Counted from the stretch's first letter, positions 52,698-62,448 are shown. The stretch: DNA of 64,000 bases from Candidatus Bathyarchaeota archaeon (GCA_963777155.1 CAVZPM010000009.1:103160-167159), one strand, 5' to 3'. Numbers and translations: made by a program. The notes: generated from the sequence alone by a model not told the origin.

Positions 52698-53786
52698 TTA
52701 CGTTAAAACTAAATGGTTTTTCTGGTGCTCTATTTCCACTACTCTTTCTTTGTTGGTGACGACGCCTATTCTTTCGGCGTTGAAGTTGTTCCGCTCAAGC
52801 GTGTTAATGGCTTTGTCAACATCGTTTTTGTCTACGATTATACCAAAACCCCAGCCCATGTTAAACGTCTTAAACATCTCCTCGTCAGTTATGGTGTAGC
52901 CGAGTTCAGCAGCGGTTTTCTGGATTAAACCAAAAACTGGTTGTGGCTTGAAATTGTCGAAGTGGAAACCGATGCCTTTGGAGTAGTTGGCCAAGTTGTT
53001 GAATTTCGTGTAGGCGTCACCTGTTATGTGCACTGCCGCTTTGACTTTCACTTCGCGGGCGAGTTTGAGCAGTGGTTTAACGTAGATTTTTGTGGGCTCC
53101 AAAACTTCAAGTGCGACTTCCCGCTCTAAACCCTCAGGAATGTCGGTCGCGTCGTATTTGCCTCCCCACTGTTTAAAGAGGATTTTCCGCACCATTGTGA
53201 TGCCGTTGCTGTGTACGCCGCTGCTGGGTAAACCAATGATTGGGTCGCCGGCTTTGATGCCTTCGCCCGTTATGATGTCTTGGCGTTCCACCTTACCAAT
53301 TGAGGAAACAACAATGTCAAAGCCTGAGTTGGGGGTGATGCCTCTGATGATTTCTGCCACGTCGCCTGTCTCACCGTTTGTAACTGGGCAATCAGATTCA
53401 TTTGCGCCCTGAATGATGCCTTTGAGCCAAGCATTTACAAGTTCAGGTTTACTGGCGGTTGCATGTATGTTGTCCGCAATTGCTAGAGGTTTAGCTCCAG
53501 ATCGGATAACATCATTAACTACCATTGCCACTGCATCTACACCGATAGTGTCATATTTTCTTGCGAGTTCGGCAACTAACACTTTTGTTCCGACGCCTTC
53601 AATTTCGAGATCGAGAAAAGCGTTTTCGCCAATTGGGAATATGTTACTGTAAGGTAAATGCATAATGCCGCCAAAACCGATGTGCTTGTACGTTTCTTTG
53701 AGAGCAACTAGGGCTTTCTTTGATTCATGGCGTTGTTGTCGGTTGACGCCTGCATCTGTATAGGTGAAGTTTTTGGGCATAGACAC
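52698..53786 (-). CDS. purM: AIR synthetase
   Basis: YTDAGV, EGVGTK, GETG, SSGVHSNG, HITG and TFNMG. Confidence 0.95.
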   Translation of the reverse strand: MSMPKNFTYTDAGVNRQQRHESKKALVALKETYKHIGFGGIMHLPYSNIFPIGENAFLDLEIEGVGTKVLVAELARKYDTIGVDAVAMVVNDVIRSGAKPLAIADNIHATASKPELVNAWLKGIIQGANESDCPVTNGETGDVAEIIRGITPNSGFDIVVSSIGKVERQDIITGEGIKAGDPIIGLPSSGVHSNGITMVRKILFKQWGGKYDATDIPEGLEREVALEVLEPTKIYVKPLLKLAREVKVKAAVHITGDAYTKFNNLANYSKGIGFHFDNFKPQPVFGLIQKTAAELGYTITDEEMFKTFNMGWGFGIIVDKNDVDKAINTLERNNFNAERIGVVTNKERVVEIEHQKNHLVLT

Positions 53787-53929
53787 GTTTCCCCTTGCAC
53801 GCTAAATGAGTAAGCTACTATCTCATAACGATTTTGTTTCCAAAAGTTGCTCGTTGTAGGTTTGCTTGAATAATGTTTTCTTGTTGTTTAGTTTGCTGAC
53901 GTGTTTGGGCTTAAGCTAATACTGCTCCG

Positions 53930-55252
53930 TTAAGCGGTGACTAAACTGCCTTTGCATTTACGATAGACCAGTAAACCAGCTACTGCAACTATTATGCTGA
54001 GCAGCAAAGGAATTGCCAATGATGGAAACTCTGGAACTGTGGGCGAAGGCGACGATGTAGCCGACGGAGAAACTGGTTGTTGAGCGGTAATTGCGCCAAT
54101 AGCATAGATGTAATAATCGTTTGAGCCTATGTAGACAACGCCATTAGCAACAGTGGTAAACGATTCGACGTCAGCGCCGGTCTTGTAGCTCCATATATTT
54201 TCGCCGGTTTTAGCGTCCAGAGCATAAACATAATCGTCTTTAGAGCCAACGTAAACCACACCGCTTGCGACGGCTGCATAGGAGTCTATAGCGTCTCCCG
54301 TCTTGAAGCTCCACAGCTTCTGGCCTGTTTCGGCGTTTAAAGCATAAACATTGTGGTCGTCTGAGCCAAAATAGACAACCCCATCCGCAACCGCAGGCGA
54401 CGACGTTACATAACCGTTTGTTGTGAAATTCCAAATTTTAGCGCCATTATCGGCATCTAAAGCGTATAGGTTGTGGTCGTTTGAGCCAAAATAAACTACG
54501 CCGCCAACCACTGCAGGGGAAGAATACATAGAATCCCTTGGTTTGAAACTCCAGATTTTATTCCCTGTCGAGGCGTCTAAAGCGTAAACGTAATCCCAAG
54601 AAGTAACGTAGATCACGCCATTAACTACGGCGGGAGACGACCACACGAAATTGCCGGTCTGGAAGCTCCAGATTTTGCCACCATTTTCCGCATTCAGCGC
54701 GTAGACGTAATGGTCGTTTGAGCCGATATACACCACGCCGTCAACGACGTTAGGTGAAGAATACACTTGGTTTCCTGTTGTGTAATTCCATATTTGGGTG
54801 CCAGTTTTGGCGTTTAAGGCGTAAACGTTGTTGTCAAGGGACCCCACATAGACGACGTCGTTAACGACCGCGGCAATAGATTTGATTGAATTACCCGCTA
54901 CGAAGCTCCAGATTTTATGGCCTGTTGCAGCATCCAAGGCATAAAATGTGCGATCCTGCGAGCCGACATAGGCAATACCATTTACGACTGAGGGGGAAGA
55001 ATACTCTACTGAATTGCCGGTTCTGAATTTCCACAGTGTTTGATTGGTCAATGGTCCCATTGAAGTAGAGTAACCGGTGTGGGCTGAGTCATGATGGAAC
55101 ATGGACCACGAGTCTACGGCGTTTTGTTGAGCTTCAATCCTGGGTGTGAACGCTAACAACATGGGTAAGAAAAAGAGTGCTAATATAATTGTGAGCTTTT
55201 TGTTGTTAATCCTCTCAACCCTCCTTTTCCACTGGTTGGATAATCCAACCAA
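53930..55252 (-). CDS. Secreted PQQ-like beta-propeller repeat protein with PEF-CTERM-like sorting signal
   Basis: Signal peptide; about 8 repeats of about 40 aa (SSPAVVNGVVYVGS.D..VYALDA.TG.KIW); VPEFP, TM and basic tail. Confidence 0.9.
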   Translation of the reverse strand: MVGLSNQWKRRVERINNKKLTIILALFFLPMLLAFTPRIEAQQNAVDSWSMFHHDSAHTGYSTSMGPLTNQTLWKFRTGNSVEYSSPSVVNGIAYVGSQDRTFYALDAATGHKIWSFVAGNSIKSIAAVVNDVVYVGSLDNNVYALNAKTGTQIWNYTTGNQVYSSPNVVDGVVYIGSNDHYVYALNAENGGKIWSFQTGNFVWSSPAVVNGVIYVTSWDYVYALDASTGNKIWSFKPRDSMYSSPAVVGGVVYFGSNDHNLYALDADNGAKIWNFTTNGYVTSSPAVADGVVYFGSDDHNVYALNAETGQKLWSFKTGDAIDSYAAVASGVVYVGSKDDYVYALDAKTGENIWSYKTGADVESFTTVANGVVYIGSNDYYIYAIGAITAQQPVSPSATSSPSPTVPEFPSLAIPLLLSIIVAVAGLLVYRKCKGSLVTA

Positions 55253-55317
55253 AATATATGTATTCTTATAATTCGAGTCTTTCTATTGAATAAAAATTTT
55301 ATGCACACACAAGAGAA

Positions 55318-55791
55318 CTATAGATATTTCCAGCCCATTATAGGCGGTTCTCCACCCATCTGCCAAATAAGGGCAATTAACTCACCTCGATGATGAACTT
55401 CCTCTTCGAAAAGATGAATCAGAACATCTTCAGCAGTAACCTCAACAATCTCTTTCAAATCATTCGTCCGTACATATTTTTTTGCCAGGTCATCAGACGA
55501 CAAAGATTCAAAATAAGTTCTCAATCGCTTCTCCACATCCCCCATGTACTCGTAAATCTCGCCTATTCTACTGTATTCATCATACCGCATTTCCACGCTG
55601 AGTTGCTCATCCAACAAAACATCAAGCCAGTAATCAATAACGTTGAGTGTATGAAGGAATATATTTCGGAGAGACTGAAAGCTTGCTTCCCGATTCATAA
55701 CTAGTTCTTCCCACGGCATTCTGGCAAGGTATTCAAGATATCTATGGCGTATTTCCTCGTTGTATTCCAAGAGTTTTCTAATGTCAACCAT
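55318..55791 (-). CDS. DinB family protein
   Basis: SLRNIFLH...EEVHHRGE His triad. Confidence 0.88.
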   Translation of the reverse strand: MVDIRKLLEYNEEIRHRYLEYLARMPWEELVMNREASFQSLRNIFLHTLNVIDYWLDVLLDEQLSVEMRYDEYSRIGEIYEYMGDVEKRLRTYFESLSSDDLAKKYVRTNDLKEIVEVTAEDVLIHLFEEEVHHRGELIALIWQMGGEPPIMGWKYL

Positions 55792-56208
55792 CCGAATTAT
55801 CGCCTATCCATGGTTAAAGGAGTATTTTCGGTTGTTTAATCTTTTTGTCTCGGGTAAATTTCGGTTTGTTTGAGACTGACAGTGACTGACAGACATTATT
55901 CACGGGGGCGTGCGTGAGAGAGTACGTTCGTAGTCTCAGTAGTATGGGTTCAATAGAGCGAAAGATCACAATTTTCTCCAACCAACTAACGACTCCCACC
56001 TTAAACAACAGAATTAAGAAAGAACCTATTTTAAATAATTGTATCAGCTACAATATTTATCAAATTAGAGTTAAATCATTAATGCGGTTTTAATGGGGTT
56101 TTGCAACTTTTTCCGCATCTTAATATCTATTCTACGCTTTCCAGAAAACTTGAAACCTTATCTAAACCCTGCTATGGTAAGCTTTTTGTGTAGAGCGGTT
56201 GATTAGAC

Positions 56209-57057
56209 TTGAGCAGATTGTCGCTTCCCAAATATCACATCTACGTAGAATACGCCGAGCCAGAAAAGTCTGGAGTCCGCTTCAACGTTTCCCAAGAGGA
56301 ACTTAACCGAACCTTCGCTACACCTTTCGCTGCAGGGCAACCTTTCTGGTTCATGGGCAGACTCCTCAATCCTGTCAAAGTCACCAAAGCCGTCCTTTTC
56401 TGGTCGTATGAAACAGCTGATAAACTTAAGCTGCCTAATCAAGAAAACCTTGTAGCTGCCAAAGACAAAAAATACCTTATTGAAAGCATCATCAAAGGCA
56501 AAGTCAAAGGCGTTTACGTCTGTACAGAAAAATTTTTGCCCGCAACAGAAAAAACCGCTTCTTCCAGCAAGTCGACCATCTCAGCCTCGGGAAATTTAGG
56601 TCGCAGAATTATTGTTGTTTCTGGCACAGATGACGAGATGAAACGAGCTATCACTGGGGCTTTAACTAGACTTTCGCTTACACCTGTTGTTATGTGTGAA
56701 GAGCCAATCCAAGGCAAAAAAATTGTAGAGAACTTCAGCCGAGATTATGCCGATGTCGGTTTTGCTGTGGTTTTGTTGTCGCCGGACGATTTTGTGTATG
56801 CTAAAAATGAAGTTACTACAAAACGCAAGTTAAAACCTCAGCAAGATGTGGTTTTTGAACTTGGTTTCCTGTTGGGAAAACTTGGCAAGGCTAACGTACT
56901 TGTCTTCTTCAGAGAATCTGCAGACTTCGAAATCCCAACCGATTTTGAAGGTATAAAATTCACCGCGTTCGATGACCGAGATAGCTGGAAGCTTGCACTC
57001 ATACGTGAACTAACAAACTGCGGATACAACGTCGACCCTGACAGAATCCTAAAATAG
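56209..57057 (+). CDS. TIR-like (CAP12/Pycsar-type) nucleotide-binding domain protein with unknown N-terminal domain
   Basis: C-terminal VGFAVVLLSPDD...VVFELGFLLGKLG...EIPTDFEGI...WKLALIREL. Confidence 0.8.
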   Translation: MSRLSLPKYHIYVEYAEPEKSGVRFNVSQEELNRTFATPFAAGQPFWFMGRLLNPVKVTKAVLFWSYETADKLKLPNQENLVAAKDKKYLIESIIKGKVKGVYVCTEKFLPATEKTASSSKSTISASGNLGRRIIVVSGTDDEMKRAITGALTRLSLTPVVMCEEPIQGKKIVENFSRDYADVGFAVVLLSPDDFVYAKNEVTTKRKLKPQQDVVFELGFLLGKLGKANVLVFFRESADFEIPTDFEGIKFTAFDDRDSWKLALIRELTNCGYNVDPDRILK

Positions 57058-57099
57058 ACTATTCAACGTTCGGTAAGGTTTGACAGTAAACTTGACTTT

Positions 57100-57127
57100 T
57101 CGGGTTCAAATCTCGGCGACCGTACCA
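57100..57127 (+). repeat. Degenerate tRNA-Gly 3-prime fragment (att-like)
   Basis: TCGGGTTCAAATCTCGGCGACCGTACCA; 23 of 26 positions match the 3-prime end of the downstream tRNA-Gly. Confidence 0.7.
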
Positions 57128-57348
57128 TATTAGCACACATAGTGAAAAACGATTAAACCAAAACTCTCACACAAAATAACTCTGCTACCGCACTAATCGA
57201 TTTTTTGTCTTGACGCTTTCTAAATACTATGGATTGACTGTGGACAGATATAGGATCTTAGAATGAGCTCTTGGGTTTGATAGTAAAGTTTCTATATCAA
57301 ATGAACTATCCCTATGCATTAGGCTATCACGCGTAGCCGCTAAAAGTT

Positions 57349-57421
57349 GCGGTTGTAGTCTAGTTCGGTAGGACTGCAGCTTCCCAAGCTGTCGACTCGG
57401 GTTCAAATCCCGGCAACCGCA
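57349..57421 (+). tRNA. tRNA-Gly(CCC), CCA not encoded
   Basis: GCGGTTG/CAACCGC-A acceptor; GCAGC-TTCCCAA-GCTGT anticodon arm; GGTTCAAATCC. Confidence 0.95.
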
Positions 57422-57498
57422 CTCACAATTATCGTAATCGACGTTGAATTCGCTTCAAAGTAGTAACGTTTTTCTCTGCCAAATTCAAAATAGAGGGT

Positions 57499-57930
57499 AT
57501 GTCTGCTGATAAAAAGAAGATGACTCTTGAGTGGAAAGGCAACTTTCGTTTTGAAGCAAAAAACCCAAACGGGCTCACAGTCAATTTTGACGCGCCCAAA
57601 AAATATGGGGGCGAAGAAACAGCGCCTTCACCTATGGAAACTCTTCTAGCTTGCCTAGCTGGGTGCACAAGTTTTGATGTTGTTAACATTCTAAAAAAGA
57701 AGCGACAGAACATTTCAGGGTACTGGGTTGAAGTTGAAGGGGAAAGACGTGATGAACCGCCCGAAGTTTACACTAAAATCCAAATAAAATATAAAATCAA
57801 AGGAAAAAACATCAGTAAAGAAGCAGTCGAGCGAGCAATTCAATTATCAAACGAAAAATACTGCTCAGTTGGAGCTATGCTCAAGAAAACAGCGGAATTA
57901 ACAACCTCATATGAAATAATCCAAGAATAA
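57499..57930 (+). CDS. OsmC family protein (YhfA-like)
   Basis: PSPMETLLACLAGC...EKYCSV. Confidence 0.9.
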   Translation: MSADKKKMTLEWKGNFRFEAKNPNGLTVNFDAPKKYGGEETAPSPMETLLACLAGCTSFDVVNILKKKRQNISGYWVEVEGERRDEPPEVYTKIQIKYKIKGKNISKEAVERAIQLSNEKYCSVGAMLKKTAELTTSYEIIQE

Positions 57931-58200
57931 GCCAGATTAACACTAATCCTTTATGTCTGCAAAGTATCCCTCTATCAACTCCTAAAAATCCAGAGCCTCA
58001 GCAAACCCTTCAAGGCTAAAACTTTTTGCTCAAAGTTGTTTCTGTAGAATCAATTATCGATAATTAGTATTTATCGAATTGCATAGATGAATGGATTGGG
58101 ACGATTTGATCCTAACCAAGTAGAGACCTCACCAATATTTCCTTTTTTTAATTTATTAAGAGAATATGGAAAGACTGTTGATTGGGATGCGACGCGCTTG

Positions 58201-59202
58201 CTAGAAGGTTGACATATGTTCGCCTGAATGGGGTAAAATGTTGTGTTTGGTCAACACTGGAGTATCCATCTCTCTAATACCATGAACTGCCGAAATCTCT
58301 TTTTCCAAAGCCATAAAATGTTCCAGACTTCTCACCATTGTAGACACAGTTAAATCATAAGCGCCCATTGTGGCTATAATGCCTACAATATCTGATTGTT
58401 TGCTAATGTTTTTTGAAATACTGCCTATCTCTCTCTCTGAGTTGATCGAAAGCCTAAAGTAAGCACCGTTGGGATAGCCGATTTTTGTCGGATTTATTTG
58501 AATTAATGGTTTGACTATGTTTCCTTTAATAAGAGAATTGTACCTCCTGATTATAGTGCTTGTTGGAATTTCAAGTTCTTTGCTAATGTTATTAAATGAT
58601 GTTCGACTATCTGTTTTTAGTTTTTTAATTATGCTCCAATCGACGCTGTCTATTTTGGGGGTTTCTGCGTTTTCAGCATATTTTTTGGTTTCTTCACTTG
58701 GATTAATCCCTAGAATTTCGTTTAGGACTGATAAATTTTCAGGGATTCTTCTATAGCTCGTCCAAATTTCGCCTCGTAGGCGCAAAACTGATTGGATATT
58801 TTTGATGAGTCGTTTCACTTCTTCAATCTGTTCTGTTTTCATAAAATCTGAAACTGCCCAAAGACGTGAGTGACTTCCCCATTGGTAAGCACCGTACAAA
58901 CCGGGTATTTTCCTCATTTGTTCTATTACACTAACTTGTTCTTGTGGAGATATGTCTACAAAAAAACTTGCTGCACCTTCGTAACCAAGCCTTTTGTAAT
59001 CTATTTGAATTGTGGATCCAACTATTACCCCTGTTTTCTTTAGATTGCTGTAGTGTTGCCAAATAAGATCTTTAGATACTTGCGCTTCTTCTGCGATACT
59101 TGTAAATTCTTTCCGTCCATTTGTCAATAAGTCTCGCAAAATTTTAGCATCTATTTTATCAATCCTACGATCATGTAGCAATATTTGGTTAACCAAGCTC
59201 AA
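58201..59202 (-). CDS. Tandem double Lrp/AsnC regulator
   Basis: Two HTH-RAM units (IDKIDAKILRDLLTNGRK; IDSVDWSIIKKLKTDSRT). Confidence 0.88.
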   Translation of the reverse strand: MSLVNQILLHDRRIDKIDAKILRDLLTNGRKEFTSIAEEAQVSKDLIWQHYSNLKKTGVIVGSTIQIDYKRLGYEGAASFFVDISPQEQVSVIEQMRKIPGLYGAYQWGSHSRLWAVSDFMKTEQIEEVKRLIKNIQSVLRLRGEIWTSYRRIPENLSVLNEILGINPSEETKKYAENAETPKIDSVDWSIIKKLKTDSRTSFNNISKELEIPTSTIIRRYNSLIKGNIVKPLIQINPTKIGYPNGAYFRLSINSEREIGSISKNISKQSDIVGIIATMGAYDLTVSTMVRSLEHFMALEKEISAVHGIREMDTPVLTKHNILPHSGEHMSTF

Positions 59203-59393
59203 ACACGCTTCAGTATTTTATAAAATGAACTATGTGGGTGCAAATAAATAAGTTGAATCAAGGAAAAATGAACTAAAATCGCAAATTTCACTTAATTCTT
59301 AAAATTAATAGCCGTTGTTAGCCTTGCTTTATTAAATTTTATATACCAAAACAAAACAGACAATGATTCACTGAACAAAAGGAAAGAACTAAA

Positions 59394-62000
59394 ATGAAAA
59401 AAATTAATACAACAGCTATTTTAATTTCAATATTGCTTTTCACCATAGTAGGTTCATCAGTGCTTATGCCGAGCGCTAACGCTCACACGCCACCATGGAC
59501 TATTTCAACATATGCATACATCGAGGTTTCGCCAAACCCAGTAGGCGTTGGCCAGACTGCCTACGTCAACTTTTGGCTTGACAAAGTGCCGCCCACATCA
59601 ATCGGTCATTATGGCATGATGTGGCATAATTTCAAATTGAATGTTACCGGTCCTGATGGAGTAACTAAAGACTTGGGATCGTTCACCTCAGATTCTCCTG
59701 GAGGGGCATGGACAACTTTTGTACCTGACAAAGTAGGCAATTACACCTTCGGCTTTAATTTCCCCGGTCAAGTAACACAGCTAGAGAATCCGTATCCCTA
59801 CAACTTGCCATATCTAACCGCAATTACCTATGACTACATTAACGACACGTTTACAGGAAGCAGCGCAATAACAACGGTAACTGTGCAGCAGAACCCTATA
59901 ATAACGGCTTATGGACAGGCTCCGCTTCCAACTGAATACTGGAGTCGACCCATAAGCTCGATGAATAGGGACTGGTCAGTTATCGGTGGAAACTGGCTTG
60001 GAATCGGATCAGTAATCTTTGGTAACGGAGGAGAATACGGTAATAACGGAAACTTCAATCCATACACGACAGCACCAGGCAGTGCTCACGTATTGTGGAC
60101 AAAACCTGAAGCATTCGGCGGTCAGATTGGAGGAGAATTTGGGCCAGACGAAACAAGCCTATACTCAACGGGAACGGCATACGAAACCAAATTCGGGCCA
60201 GTGATAATAAACGGCGTGCTCTACTACACACAATATCCTGGATCTAACATCAACATAGGCCCCTTGACAGCTGTAGACCTACGTACTGGAAATACGCTTT
60301 GGACTGTGAATGCTTCCAACCCATTAGCCTGCGGTATGATCTACAAATTCAACACAGGAAACCAATACGGCGCTCACGCCTATCTATTTACAAGCCCTGC
60401 ACCATACGGCCAAGGATTCATCTACGGCACCACTCCGAATTTATGGTCAATGTACGACGCTATGACAGGACAATGGATACTTGATATTGCTAACGCCACT
60501 GCAGGCACGCTTGTAGAAGGTCAAAACGGCGAACTGCTATCATACTCTCTTGGATACGATGGTAGGTTGACCTTATGGAACGCAAGTAAATGTATCGCAA
60601 CAGCTGCCACAAATCTGATTTATGCAGAATACAGCCAAGCAGAAATTTGGAGACCTCCTCAAGGAGCAACTATTGACTGGAACGGTGGAATCGAATGGAG
60701 TATTCCAGTTGCCAATAATATACAAGGTGCACCCATCGGAGCAGGCGGCTTAACCCTTGCGCACGTCAGTGACAACGTTGTATTATGCACGGCCTCTTTC
60801 GGTCTCGGCAACGGCGGAGTCCCTGGAGGGGCTCAAACGGGCTGGAGAGTTGACGCAGGCTACAGTGCTAAAGACGGAAGTCTGCTTTGGGGTCCAGTAA
60901 ATCGAACGCTTACACCATGGACAAACGTTCCCTTGGGACCAGCAGGAGAAGGAGTTTACACTGAATACACTTGCCAGTCGATGACTTGGAGTGGATACGA
61001 CCTCAAAACAGGACAGAAGCTATGGGGTCCAACCCAACCTTACAGCAATGTTTGGGGATACTACGACAACGAAGCTAAAGGAGTCATTGGTTATGGCAAC
61101 CTTTACGCATGGAGCATAAACGGCGAAGTGCACGCATACAATCTCAGAACTGGTGCTATTAACTGGAGTTGGTCTACAGGGGACGCGGGAATAGATACTC
61201 CGTACGGCATTTGGCCTCTTGGTACTTGGCAGATGCAGCATATCCTTGCGGATGGTAAGCTTTACGTAAGCGCAGGTCACGACTACACGCCGCCAGTCTT
61301 CAAAGGCGCCAAATTGTATTGCATAAACGCAACCACCGGCGAAAAAGTTTGGGATTCTTTGAACTTTAACATCATCAGCTCGCCTGCTATTGCAGATGGA
61401 ATAATGGTTTGGCTAAACGGATACGACAACCAGATTTACGGTTATGGCAAAGGCCCAAGCGCTATGACAGTTGAGGCTCAACAATTCGGTTCAGCTATAG
61501 TGCTTAGAGGGTCTGTCATTGACAAGTCTGCAGGTACACAACAAGCAGCTCCAGCAGCAAACTTTCCGAATGGTCTCCCTTGCGTCTCTGATGCAAGCAT
61601 GGACAGATTTATGGAAGCAGTTTACCAACAACAACCAATGCCGACCAACACAACAGGTGTTCCAGTAAGCATAAGTGTACTTGACTCGAATGGCAACTTC
61701 AGAGAAATTGGTAGAACAACAAGCGATGGAAGCGGCATGTATACCCTAACATGGATACCTGATATTCCTGGAAACTACACTGTGGTCGCTAACTTTGCAG
61801 GTTCAGGGTCATACTACTCATCGAATGCAGAAACATCCTTCTATGTAAGCCAGGCAGCAACCACAACCGTGACTCCAACTCCGGCACCACCACAATCGGC
61901 AGCTGATCTATATTTCATTCCAGCAGTCGTGGCAATAATCGTAGTTATCATAATAGGATTTGCAGTACTGGCGCTATTGACAGTAAGAAAACGACCATAA
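59394..62000 (+). CDS. Large membrane-anchored surface protein with PQQ-like propeller repeats and Ig-like domains
   Basis: Signal peptide; repeated A.DL.TG..LW motifs; Thr/Pro linker, C-terminal TM and RKRP. Confidence 0.85.
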   Translation: MKKINTTAILISILLFTIVGSSVLMPSANAHTPPWTISTYAYIEVSPNPVGVGQTAYVNFWLDKVPPTSIGHYGMMWHNFKLNVTGPDGVTKDLGSFTSDSPGGAWTTFVPDKVGNYTFGFNFPGQVTQLENPYPYNLPYLTAITYDYINDTFTGSSAITTVTVQQNPIITAYGQAPLPTEYWSRPISSMNRDWSVIGGNWLGIGSVIFGNGGEYGNNGNFNPYTTAPGSAHVLWTKPEAFGGQIGGEFGPDETSLYSTGTAYETKFGPVIINGVLYYTQYPGSNINIGPLTAVDLRTGNTLWTVNASNPLACGMIYKFNTGNQYGAHAYLFTSPAPYGQGFIYGTTPNLWSMYDAMTGQWILDIANATAGTLVEGQNGELLSYSLGYDGRLTLWNASKCIATAATNLIYAEYSQAEIWRPPQGATIDWNGGIEWSIPVANNIQGAPIGAGGLTLAHVSDNVVLCTASFGLGNGGVPGGAQTGWRVDAGYSAKDGSLLWGPVNRTLTPWTNVPLGPAGEGVYTEYTCQSMTWSGYDLKTGQKLWGPTQPYSNVWGYYDNEAKGVIGYGNLYAWSINGEVHAYNLRTGAINWSWSTGDAGIDTPYGIWPLGTWQMQHILADGKLYVSAGHDYTPPVFKGAKLYCINATTGEKVWDSLNFNIISSPAIADGIMVWLNGYDNQIYGYGKGPSAMTVEAQQFGSAIVLRGSVIDKSAGTQQAAPAANFPNGLPCVSDASMDRFMEAVYQQQPMPTNTTGVPVSISVLDSNGNFREIGRTTSDGSGMYTLTWIPDIPGNYTVVANFAGSGSYYSSNAETSFYVSQAATTTVTPTPAPPQSAADLYFIPAVVAIIVVIIIGFAVLALLTVRKRP

Positions 62001-62144
62001 CTCAATCACTAAACACATTCCCTTTTCTTTTTTTATTTATAAGATCAAGAAGCTCCCAATTTAGAAGAGATAGAAAAGGCAAGATATGTTAGTCACTGCA
62101 AGACCATGCCCTCTAAAGGGGCGTGTCCATTCTTAATCGTTTGA

Positions 62145-62405
62145 TTATGTCTGTTCCGATTTGAGTAGCCATTTCCACAATGGAATAAACCTAACCGTTT
62201 TGTCGCCAATTGATGTTGTTTCTTCGAAGTCCCATGTGATGACGCGCAAGTTTTCGCATTTCAATTCAGATGATGAAATTTCTAACGCATCGAACTCTCG
62301 AACTTCTTAACTCATTTTTAGTCAAGATGTATGTTACCTGTACGGGTTGCTTGAATGCTTCAGCTGTTTTTCAACTAAGTCGAATTATTTGGTATTTCCG
62401 CCATC
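62145..62405 (-). pseudogene. 3-prime remnant of an AAA+ ATPase/DUF4143 (COG1373-like) gene
   Basis: Frameshifted manual translation QVTY...VREFDALEISSSELKCENLRVITWDFEE...RFIPLWKWLL. Confidence 0.7.
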
Positions 62406-62413
62406 CTAATTTA

Positions 62414-62439
62414 GGGTTCAAATCCCGCCCGGTCCACTA
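62414..62439 (+). repeat. tRNA-Ala 3-prime fragment (T arm and acceptor strand)
   Basis: GGGTTCAAATCCCGC-CCGGTCC-A; T at position 70 fits the Ala G3:U70 identity pair. Confidence 0.75.
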
Positions 62440-62448
62440 TAAAAAGCT

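Noticed and set aside
54090-55030. Roughly 120-bp periodic repeats resembling an array
   Set aside because: They are coding propeller blades with codon-level divergence, not CRISPR repeats; no CRISPR array or cas gene was seen in the window.
55944-55956. GGGTTCAAT as another tRNA fragment
   Set aside because: No T-stem complement or acceptor strand follows.
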